NCBI GenBank assembly: GCA_043228905.1
Contig: JBHGNT010000011.1
Span: 5,704,001-5,768,000, forward strand
DNA: 64,000 bases
Direction: 5' to 3'
Source of the DNA: Azolla caroliniana
Taxonomy: Eukaryota > Plantae > Polypodiophyta
The position numbers and the translations under genes are program-made. Positions 53,457-64,000 of this stretch are shown piece after piece. The notes under the pieces were generated by a model. It had not been told where the DNA came from, ran no database searches, and worked only from the letters and a program-made list of their open reading frames with translations. Within the stretch, counting starts at the first letter, position 1. Each line of letters starts with the position of its first letter.

Positions 53457-56400
53457 TGTAAGAAAAGTTCAGAACATAATGGGTTGGATTGACAACAGAG
53501 AATGAGAGAGAGTTTTCGAACAATGTAGAACAAGGTAAGATATTATATTAAGACAGGTGTATTACAATGTAAGAACCTTCAGAAAACTCTAGATGTAGTA
53601 TCACACACTTTTCTAAACAATACTTCATACATATATATATACAAAGAAGTAACAACTAGTCGTTAATTCTTTGTAACTGTTGTTTTGTCTTTTTCTTATT
53701 GTCTTTTGTAACTCATATTTTGACTTTATCCTCATAACTCATGTTTTATCATTTGTGGTGTAAACAAGTAATCTTAACACCCCCCGGTAGTTGTGACACC
53801 ACCAAATCATCTATTTGGATGAATACTTAATCCAATATGGTGGCAGCAACTCCAATGTTTTGCGTTGGGTACTGGCTTGGTAAGAAAATCAGCCCACATA
53901 GTTTGTGTTGAAGTATGTCCAATTGAGAGGTTAGATTCTTCAAGAAGTTCTGAGATGAAGTGATGTCGTCCGCGGATATGCATGTTTTGCTCTGTGATCT
54001 TGGGGTCCTTAGTGATTTTGATGCAGGATTGGTTGTCACACCATAACTTGAATTCAGAAATTTTGAGGATGGCAAGTTCATCAATGATGGACTTCAACCA
54101 TAATCCTTCCTTAGTAGTGAGAGTAGCTGCTATATATTCTACTTCAATGGAAGAGAGGGTGACATTAGCTTGTTTCTTTGTTCGCCATGAAATGGCACCA
54201 CCTGCAAATAGGAATACATAGCCAGAGGTGGATTGAGAGGTATCCCTGTCCCCCCCCCCCCCCCCCCCCCCCCAATCTGCATCCGTCCAACCATGTAGTG
54301 GTGTTGATAGCCAGCCTTGGATATTTGAATGTTGGGCTTTAGAGTATGATGTGTAAGTAAGTGTCATATCCCTTGTGTACTTCAGATACCGTAATACTCT
54401 TTTAAGTGCTTTCTAATGGTTAACTCCTGGATTCTCAATGAATCTTGATAGGTATCCAGTGGCAAAAGATAAGTCGGGTCGAGTACAGCTAGCGAGGTAT
54501 CGAATGCTCCCCAACACTTGGCGATACGGGATATTCTTCATAAAGTAAGTTTCTTCAGTTGTATGTGGTGAATCTTCATATGATAATTTGCATGGTACTG
54601 TGAGGGGAGTGGAGTTTGGAGAACACTCAAACATATCAAACTTGGTTAGTATATTATCAACAAAATTTTCTTGTGATAGGGAGAGTGTACCTAGAGTTCG
54701 ATTCCTTTTTACATGAATCCCAAGAAAATGTTCTAGTGGCCCAAGATGTTTCATTGGGAATTGTTGTCATAACTCTGCAATAAATTCCATTACCAAGTCT
54801 TCCAATGTCCCAGCAATAGGTAAATCATCCACATAGACTCCCAAGAGTAAGAATTCTGTTTTTGTTTCCCTTATATATATATTAGGTTCCGATTGAAGTT
54901 GTTGAAATTTGATTGATAAGAGGAACGTATGAAACTTGGCATACCATTGTCTCGGAGATTGTTTTAGGCCATATAAAGGTTTGTTAAGTTTACACACATA
55001 ATTAGGGTCTATATTACTATCTAACATTTGAGGTTGTTCTATATATATATCTTCTTCTAAATCACCATGTAAAAACGTTGTTTCAACATCAACATGATGA
55101 AGTTCAAGATTTAAATATGCCGTAATGGCAAGAATCAATCAAAGTGCAGTGATCTTTAGAGTGGGTGAAAAAGTTTCATGGTAGTCCACACCTGGTATTT
55201 GGGAGAATCCTCGAGCTACTAATCTCGCTTTGAACCTCATGGGAGTACCTAGGGCATCATATTTCTTTGTAAAAAGCCACTTACAAGTGATGACATTGGA
55301 GTGACAAGGCCGCGGTACTAATGTCCATGTGTGATTCTTTTGGAGTGCTGAGAATTCAGATTTAATTGCCGCAACCCAATTGTCTTTTTCTTTACTTTTT
55401 AATGCTTGCTTGAAGGTGAGAATTGGAGTTGTGTCGCAGTTGTCTCCTTCGATGATGGCTGCAAAGATGGCTATGTGGGACTCCGTCTCTGTTACGAAGT
55501 GACATGTCAACTTTTCAAGCACCTCGTCCTTAGTTGCATCATAGATATCACGAAGTAACCTTACCTTAGTCTTTTTAGCCCTAATTTCTTTGTCTTTTAA
55601 GGTTGTTTTGGAGAGGTTGCAGGTTTTTAGGCGACCGAGATCCATATTCTCAGATCTGGAGCTTTGTTTTCTTGCAGTTATGGAGGATGCACAGGGTTGA
55701 ATGTGGTCGCCACTCGTATGCTCAGGTTCAAGGCTTCGAGTAATATATTGGGCAGTGGATTGATTATTGCTTTCGAGGCTTCGGTCATACACTTGTTCAC
55801 CTTTGGGGCTTTGAGCATCAGATTGGCAGACAAATTGACCACCAATTTTGAGATTTTGAGGATACTCTGAGGTGTAGGGTTTTAGATGACCTGAACTTGT
55901 ATGTTCAGATTCACAATTTCGACATTCGGATGCTGAGGAAGAGTTGTTGGGTTGTTGGCGGTGCACTAGCACATCCTCAGGTTCGAGACTTCAAGTGGCT
56001 GATTTGGTGATCATAGGCTCGGTGGCGGTGTTCACAGTAGAGATTCCCAACCCCTCATCTTGAGTGGTTAAGATCTGAGAATGAGGTAATTGGTTGAGTT
56101 TCTCTCCTCTATTTCCTGTTGCATTGTTGTGTAGTTCGGCATTGATGATGTTCATCCCATCATTTTCAGATTCCATTGTTGTTGCTTGAGGAAGTCTTAA
56201 CTTTGTGATTTCCTTGGTAAGGTGTTCACTCCCGGTTTCTTTCATTACATATGATGACCTAGAAAAAAGACTTTTCTCATCAAACTCCGCAGAACAACTA
56301 AAAATTATTTTACCTGTATCGGGAAGGTAAATTCTGTATGCTTTTACTCCATATGGCTCCCCATATCCAATAAGTTTTCCTTTGAGGCATCGATCCTCAA

Positions 56401-58976
56401 GTTTTGTCCTCTTGGCAAGTTCTATGTATGCAAATGCAGTTGCTCCAAATACTCAAAGATGTGATATCTCAGGTGGGTACCCATACCACATGGTGTATGG
56501 CACTTGTCCTTCTATACCTTGGTGAGGAGTTCTATTTTGTAGGTAACAAGCTGTGGCGACTGCTTCTTCCCAGAATCTCGAGGCCATTCCACTCGTCTTC
56601 AGCATACTCCTAGCAACATTTAATAAGGTGTGATTCTTTCTCTCAGCTATCCCATTTTGTTGAGGTGTGTAGACAGTTGACTTTTGATGAAATATAACAT
56701 TTTTTGTGTTAAAGGCTTCCCATTCTTGTGAAACAAACTCCCCACCATTGTCACTTCTTATTACTTTAACTTTAAGTTGTGTTTGATTTTCAACAAAGCT
56801 CTTATATGCACAAAATGCTTTGAATGCATTTCCCTTTTGTTTAAGAAAGTTAACCATTGTAAATCGCGAAGTGTTATCAATAAATGTTATAAAGTACCTT
56901 GCTCCGGAGAGTGAGTTGGGAGTTATCGATCCACATACATCCATGTGAACAAGTTGGAGTAGTTCCTTTGTCTTTTAGTTACTTAGTGGGAATGATTTTT
57001 GAGCCGTTTTCCCATACATGCATCCTTCGCAAATATCAATAGATTTAAAGATTGTGGAAGGTAAACCTCTTACTAGGTTCTGATTTTGACACAACTTGAG
57101 TGTTGGTGTATGTAGAGGACCGAACTGGCAATGCCATAGATAGGTGGGGGACACATTGTCTACTCCTCCTTGATGTACTTCAGCAGCTAATGCTTCTCCT
57201 AGATTTGCCTTGACAGGATATAGTTGCCCTTGTTTTGGACATACAATTTTTATCTCATGTTGATCATCTTGGATGTATGGGGTAGCTTGTTGTTTGCTGA
57301 ATTTGACTGTCATTCCTTTTGCAGTAGCTTGTCCCACAGATAATAGGTGTTTTGCAATTCCAGGTACAAAGTATATATCTGAAATTTGTACAACATGATT
57401 ACTAATGAGTCTTAATTTGATATTACCTTTCCCAATTGCCACTTTTTGACCTTTGTCTCCGAAGGTGACCTTCAATGGTATTGGGAGCTCTTGATAGTTG
57501 TCCAACCAGTCTTTTCGATATGTTAGATGGTGAGTAGCCCCGGTATCCAAGAACCAGGTGTTATCATCTTCATTTTCTTCAAATGTGTTTGCATTATATG
57601 CTTGAATGTACTCTTCTTCATCAGGTTCTACATTTTGTTCAGGTGCTTCTTCAAAAGAGTATTCTGGATTTCTATCATCTTCTTGTTGGATAACCACATT
57701 ATGTGCCTGGGGTCGGTTGGAGTTCTTCTCTGCTTGCTTAAGGTGACATACTCGATCAATATGTCCTTCCTTCTTGCAATATCTACAGATGATTCTAAAG
57801 CTTCCATTTTGTCGTGAGTTGTTCCCATAGTATTTTTGTGCTTCACTCTTGATGTATGTTTTATTATTATTAGATTCATTATTTCTTACTTTTTCAGGTC
57901 TGTTCCTCTATTGGTTTGCTGGATGACCCCTTTGGAATCGATTGATGGAGACTGCCATTGCGATTGGTTGAGCATTATTCTTCATTTGTCATCGAATGTC
58001 TTCATGGCGGATGTTAGTAAGTAGATCAGACAATGTTGTCGTGCTACTATGCATAGTGATGAATGTTCCCCAAGATTCGGGGAGTTTGCTTAGCACTAAT
58101 CCAATCTTGATGTCTTCTGAGATGCAGTTGCCGGCAGTAGTTGCATCATCCATGGTTGCCTCCCAAGTTGATAAGAAGGTAGGAACATCTTCTTCTTCCT
58201 GTAAAACATACATATTAAATAGGGTAGCTAAGGTGTGGAGTTTAGTTGTACCATCTTGAGGTTCGTATAGTTCCTTCAGTTTCGCCCACATTGCAGCTGC
58301 AAATGTGAGTTTTCGAATTATTTCTGATTGCTTTTCATCTACATTTAACATTATCTCTAGTTTAGCTCTTTTATCCAGCTTTCGCCACTCATGCCATTCA
58401 TTTGACTCTCGTTTTACAGGTTCTGGACTAGCGCCAGTTGTGATGTCGAGGAGCTCCTCAACATCAAGTAGCAACTCCATTCGAGTCTTCCAGGTTTTGT
58501 AGTTTTTCTCCGTTAATTTGTCCAAGGTATATTTTCTGCTTGAGCTTGCCATAGTGATAGTACTGAGATTTGTTTATTTCAAAACAATCTGTGGTGAGTT
58601 TTGTTGGTTATAGGGGAGTATGAGATTCAGATCGTGCAACTAAGCTCTGACACCATGTAAGAAAAGTTTAGAACATAATGGGTTGGACTGACAACAGAGA
58701 ACAAGAGAGAGTTTTCGAACAATGTAGAACAAGGTAAGATATTATATTAAGACAGGTGTATTACAATGTAAGAACCTATAGAAAACTCTAGATGTAGTAT
58801 CACACACTTTTCTAAACAATACTTCATACATATATATACAAAGAAGTAACAACTAGCCGTTACTTCTTTGGAACTGTTGTTTTGTCTTTTTCTTATTGTC
58901 TTTTGTAACTCATATTTTGTCTTTATCCTCATAACTCATGCTTTATCATTTGTGGTGTAAACAGGTAATCTTAACA
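53457..58976 (-). mobile_element. Element F: AT-rich Ty1/copia inserted in the G extra ORF
   Basis: LTRs 53457-53779 and 58656-58976, TSD AACAC, PBS TGGTGTCAGAGC; gag from 58552, FLDTGAT protease, INT, RT YVDD, RNase H ending at 53807; several stops. Confidence 0.95.
54250..54273 (-). repeat. C24/G24 homopolymer in F RNase H
   Basis: Translates in frame as DADW-GGGGGGG-DRD. Confidence 0.9.
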
Positions 58977-60789
58977 AACACAGCCCTGGTCAAAGCTTAC
59001 TGGGAATTGGGCAAGATGACCTGTGCAAGCAAGGATATGGCTCTCAGTAGCAAACAGGTGCGGAAACATGCCAAGACAGCAACAGAGTTGTGGTAGGCTT
59101 CGGAAAGCTTAATAGCCGAGCTTGAACAACGGCTCCAAGGAATCGGGAAAAATGACCCTCCCGCTCTCCTACCTCCCAATCCTAGCTAGGAGGATGCATT
59201 CACACAGACCAAAGAAACTCCAGAATCGGTTCCCGCCACCGAACACCACACAGCCCCTCCCGACACAACAACGGCCCCGCCGTCGAACTATGAAGAAGAG
59301 TTGGCATCTCAGAAGGCGATCACCGAGAAGGCCAAAGAGAGATACCAAGAGGCAAAGGAGGAGCTCGACCACCTCCGCGAGTAGGCAAAAAACCGAGAGA
59401 TTGAACTCTAGCAACTGCTTGATGCATGGATGGTTGAGCATAGGCAAGTCCTCCAAGTCCTGGAAGCAAAAGCAACGGCAACTCTTCAGGCCGCTAACAC
59501 GGAAGCAACCACCAAGATCCATGCGATGGAAGCATAGGGCACGCTTGCTGCTCGTGTTGCAAACAAGGCATCCGTGGGCAAAATTCATCACATCGAGGAG
59601 GGGTATCAACGGGCTTCCGCAATAACAAACGACCAACTCCTGATTCTCCAAAACGAGCACACAAAACTCCAACAACACTTTAGTAGGAAACATCAAATGT
59701 TAGGAGAATTGGAGGAAGAAAAATAAACATTGTTTGAGTCCCTCCACAAGCTACAAACCTCTGCGCAACAAGACCAGGAACGAGATTGGGAACGGTACCA
59801 GCAAGAGCTGGAAGAGGAAAAGAATCAGATCCTCCAACTGTATGAACAACACGTGGAGCTAATGGATCAAAATAAGGCCAACCTAAGCACCTCGTACCAA
59901 ATCCAGAAAGCCCAGCTCGAACTTGATGCCGCAATGGCCACAGAGAAAAGGAACATCTTACACGTCAAGTACGAAATGGACAAAACGTGGATCAAGGCAT
60001 TGATTGCAAAGCATTGGAAGAAACTCAATTAAAAGGTTGAAGAGGCACTAGGTCAAGCGTGGAATGAGTGGTTACAAGTTTTCCGAGCAGATGCTGAGAA
60101 CCGAAAAAAGGAGGGCCACAAATTTCACAAAATGAACAAGAATAGCATTCAGGTTCTCTGCGAAGACCTCACCGAGGAGTTTCAAGCCTTGGCGCGAACA
60201 CACACCACGGCAATCGGAACCCTTCTTGAGGAATTCAACGATGATCAACTGTTGCTCACCATTGAAACGAAAGTATATGGATGCGAGCGCCTCCGAGCCG
60301 AGAAGGGAGAACTGACCTCGGTACAAGCATCAACAGAAGTGTAGCCCGCAAGTGCAACACAAGAGCCAAAAGTAGAAGATGTGATGTGCGTGAACCAGGA
60401 GATTGAACCAGTGGTCAAACACGACAGGGAGCCAAATCAGGAGGAGGTGGTTCCAGAAGCTATGTCAAAGGTTGCAGACCAACGACTAGGTTTATCGGCC
60501 GAGCTCCAGCCAGAGGAGCCAAAGCAGGAGGAGGCAACTCAACCAGACAGAGCCCAAGAGGCCGTTCCGGAATTGGCAAACCAAGGGCTAGATTTTTCGG
60601 CCACGCTCAAACCGGACGAGTTAGAACAGGAGGAGGGCCTTCGTGCATTTTTGGAAGAAAAATAGTGTATCGTGGAATATTTTTTCGATTCTTCATTTCA
60701 GATGGCGATAATTTCAAGTTTTCAATGTCGATTTCTTTGATTGATTTCTGGGTTCAACATGCAAGGCACTATCCCATGGGCGTGCCAGG

Positions 60790-60861
60790 TGTTATCCATG
60801 GGATAATAAAACTAAGGTGTGAAAAGGATTGTAAAAGTAAAGTGTGAAACGAGACAAGTAG
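60790..60861 (+). repeat. Start of G 3' LTR, interrupted by element H
   Basis: TGTTATCCATGGGATAATAAAACTAAGG... aligns with 16889-16960. Confidence 0.85.
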
Positions 60862-62500
60862 TGTTGAGCGGCAAGCTCAACTGGAGCCGGATCGGCTGGA
60901 TAAGCCTGAGTTGGCAAGCGAGACGGATCGGTAAGCCGGTGAGCAACCGAGCCAGCAAGCAACACGGTTAGCCAGATCCAATCGGTAACCGGAAGCCTAG
61001 TATTAGTTTAGACTACTAGGCAATTATAGTCTTGTAGTAAGTGTCAGATGCTCGTGTGAGCATTGAAGTACGCGGTACTTTTGTCAGTCCCACAAGGACT
61101 TGTATAAATAGTGCTACTGAGCACAATTGTATGTACAGAGTGTTTTTATCGTTTTTGAATCTAACTTTTATGTTCTGCTCTCTCTGTCTCTCCCGTGGAC
61201 TCGGTGTATTCTCTGTTTTCTAACGCTTCCGCAAGTAATCGTTTACATGGTATCAGAGCGCGAGGGTTGAGAACCTCTGCAACCCTAACAGCTCGTAAGA
61301 ACAGCAGATAGAGAAGTGATGGATAGAGGAATGGCTAGCTCACTCCCTGTGGAGAAACTCAACAGATCCAACTACACATCTTGGTCGTACAAGATGCACC
61401 AGTACCTGCTTGGGCATGACTACTGGAGTTTCGTCGAAGGAGCCAACGAAACAACACATGATACGACACATAAGGATTTCCCAGTGTGGGAACAATCGGC
61501 AAGCAGAGTGATGTACTGCTCGCGTCCAGTGTCGGAGACCAGCTGCTGAGCCACATCCGAGACGCCAAGACGCCGAAGGAGGCTTGGGGAAACCTGAAGA
61601 AGGTTTTCGCTGCGACACTACAGCCCGGAAGCTGCAACTCCGACAGGAGTTGAGCAATGTTCGACAGAAGGACATGTCAGTGGTGGATTACACGGCCCGG
61701 ATCAAAGAGATCTGTGACTCGTTTGCCTCTATCAACGTTACCATAGAGGAAGATGAGATGGTACAGGTCCGTCTTGGGGGCCTAGCATCTAAGTTCAGAG
61801 CGTTCCGAACGGCGGTATGTACAAGGGAGAATACGCCGTCATTTTTCGACTTACAGTCGATGCTCCTTGTAGAGGAGAACCACGTCGGTGCGTCAACTAG
61901 CGCACCCATTGACAGCCGGATGTTGTACACGGAAGCGGATCGGTCCCGTGGGCGTGGTGGACGAGGCGGGTCGGCACGCAATGGAGGCGGCCGGCAAGAC
62001 CAGGAACAAAGGCACAGAGAACGTGCCGACAGCAGTTCCGGATCATCCGGGAGCAGGGGGAGTCATGGCAGCACCGGAAGATGGCAAGAGAAGACTGCAA
62101 CGGAATGTTGGTACTGTGGCAAAAAGGGCCACAGAGAAAGAGAGTGCTTGAGAAAACGCGCCGATTCGGACAAATCTGGATCCGGCAAGGCCGGCAAGGA
62201 TGGCCAGCAAAGCTCGCACTACACAAAGGGATCGGGAGGATCCAAGAACGGTAATGGGCCAGCCTTGGTGATGAAGCACGAGGCGAACTCGATGAAGAAG
62301 ACCACTTCCAAATCGGAGGAAGTGTGGTATGTTGATTCTCGTGCGTCGAACCACATGACGAGCCACAAAGAGTGGTTCTCCTTCTTGGAGAAACCGGATG
62401 TCAGGAACAGTACTAAGATAGAGAAGGAATTAGTACTAAACGAAGGATTAGTACTATGAGAGGTGTAGAACTTCTTCAAGAGAAGGAAGAAGTGAGCGAG

Positions 62501-62555
<55 letters not shown>

Positions 62556-62969
62556 TGATAAGAAAAATATGTATAAGAGAATATACAATGGTGGCTAAAA
62601 GGCTTAAGACTAGCGTTGAACCAATTTGGTTCAACATACTGCCTAGTGCCCTCTTTTATAGTGTTTTCAGGAGTAATCCTGAAGCTTCTAGAATGTTCCA
62701 GAGAAATCTGGAATATACACTAATTTCCTATAATAAAATGTAAATGAAAATAATATCCTACGTATTACAATAGATGATCTAATGGTCAAGAGCTCGACCC
62801 ATATAACCTAAGGTCATGGGTTCGAGTCTTGCCATATCATGACACCGGATCAACCAGGAGTAGTCGAAACCGGAGACGACACTCCTCACCCAATCGTGCA
62901 CGTCGGAGAAGTCCCTTTGAGCCACGTCGGAAAGAAGGGGAAGCTGATGAATGTAGTACACGTTCCGAC
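60862..62969 (+). mobile_element. Element H: Ty1/copia (A/E-related), 5' part only
   Basis: LTR 60862-61247 (TG..CA), PBS TGGTATCAGAGC at 61248, frameshifted gag from 61319, CWYCGKKGH knuckle, WYVDSRAS protease; interrupted twice. Confidence 0.93.
62399..62844 (-). mobile_element. Solo LTR (446 bp) in H protease
   Basis: TGTCA..TGACA ends, perfect TSD CCGGA, (GA)n tract, minus-strand TATAAAA; H coding resumes afterwards. Confidence 0.92.
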
Positions 62970-64000
62970 TGTCACGGATCATAAGCTCAAGAGATAAGCA
63001 AAAAGATAACCAAATGGACAAGAAAGAAGATAGTATTACAGGAAAGACTCCATAACTGGTGTTGTTCACCTTGAATTCCTTCAAGGTGAACTCCTCTATT
63101 TATACTACATGGCATGCATACTTGTTGCACGCATGTGAATCTACAATAGAGCATGTAGGTATGCATGCATGTGCCAAGTGTAAATACTACAAGGGAGCAA
63201 CTATGCACATGATGCTAGCAAAATAATAAGGACCAATTACATACATAACTATGTACTAGATATCTTGGTTAACTCATAATACTAGATTATAACATGGTCG
63301 TGTCAAGAGTTTGAATCTTGACATTATCCCCCCTCCTACGCCGCCTTCCCAAATCGGCCGCTGGTTTGTGGGGATATCAGTGATGAAAATCTTGGACGAC
63401 CTCTAGGGCATTTTGTAAATTTGTCGATGGTTCCCACGTGGCCTCAGACATGGGGTAACCCCTCCATAGGACGAGGTATTGCAAGTGTCGACGGTGCCAA
63501 CGCGACTCAAGGATTTGGTCGACCTCGTATTCCTCCCCTGTCGTCAATTGCACAGGTGGTGGTGGTGGGGCCTGACGTCCTGGGAGTTGTGAAGCATAAT
63601 GGGGTTCGAGGAGGGAGACATGAAAAACATCGTGAATCCAGAAGTGGGATGGAAGGGCGAGCCGGAAGGCGACGGGATTGATGCACTCGATGATACGGAA
63701 TGGTCCCAACTTCTTGTAATCAAGTTTCGCACATGGACGAGTAGTAGAGATGTGTCGACGTAACCACCAGACCATGTCTCCAAGGACAAAGTGTGGAGTG
63801 GAAGATCGATGGCGATCAGCCTGCTTCTTGTATTGTTCACTAGCAAGACTAAGCTCCAAGGATAAATCATGATGTAGTTCTTCCAAAATGTGGGCGCGAT
63901 CCTCCGCCGAAGGGTTCACGGAAGTGGTAGGAAGGGAAATGTTGAAGCGAGGATGTAAACCATAGTTGGCAAAGTAGGGAGTGACGCCAGTCGATGCATG
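62970..64000 (-). mobile_element. Element J: chromovirus (Ty3/gypsy) 3' end with LTR, PPT, and integrase C-terminus with chromodomain
   Basis: LTR 62970-63323 (TGTCA..TGACA), purine-rich PPT on the minus strand immediately inside the LTR, ORF 63377-63919 with GPF motif (KLDYKKLGPF) and chromodomain EYEVDQIL..YLVLWRGY..ATWEP. Confidence 0.94.

Larger units (their letters stand above)
52122..60665 (+). pseudogene. Extra 3' ORF of G (decayed; split by F): globular N-terminus plus long coiled-coil/acidic region
   Basis: Coding-like + strand fragments at 52122-53456 and 58982-60665, with E/Q/K-rich heptad-like segments (e.g. 59730-60032). Confidence 0.6.
16889..60861 (+). mobile_element. Element G: old non-chromovirus Ty3/gypsy LTR retrotransposon hosting nested insertions; 3' LTR interrupted and not resumed within the window
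   Basis: 5' LTR at 16889 and homologous 3' LTR start at 60790 (about 8 mismatches in 72 nt); gag-PR-RT-RH-INT order on the + strand. Confidence 0.85.

Noticed and set aside
62770-62844. Functional tRNA gene
   Set aside because: No convincing acceptor or anticodon stems; reported only as a tRNA-like promoter module.

Overview
Land-plant nuclear DNA, most likely a fern (inferred from a DYW:KP-type PPR gene and the retroelement content). The first ~12 kb holds two PLS-class pentatricopeptide repeat (PPR) genes. PPR-1 (464-2671) is a PLS-E protein lacking a DYW domain and ending in a (GAA)n-encoded poly-Glu tail. PPR-2 (9030-11723) is an intact PLS-DYW protein whose deaminase domain has the variant signature (no PG box, HAEK, non-DYW terminus) linked to reverse U-to-C RNA editing. 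The rest is a nested retrotransposon stack. An old non-chromovirus Ty3/gypsy element (G, 16889 to >60861) sits in a LINE and hosts seven Ty1/copia elements (A-F, H), three solo-LTR-like inserts and the 3' end of a chromovirus (J); most junctions resolve to the base by TG..CA ends, PBS/PPT and target-site duplications (TSDs). The most unusual observations are: (i) element G has no polypurine tract; a copy of a tRNA-Arg-like 3' end (including CCA) abuts its 3' LTR, inverted relative to its PBS; (ii) tRNA-like A/B-box or T-arm motifs at the U3 end of two TGTCA..TGACA LTRs; (iii) a stem enclosing the PPT, conserved across divergent copia families; (iv) a ~1000-codon extra ORF in G. All calls were made by eye with no database searches.
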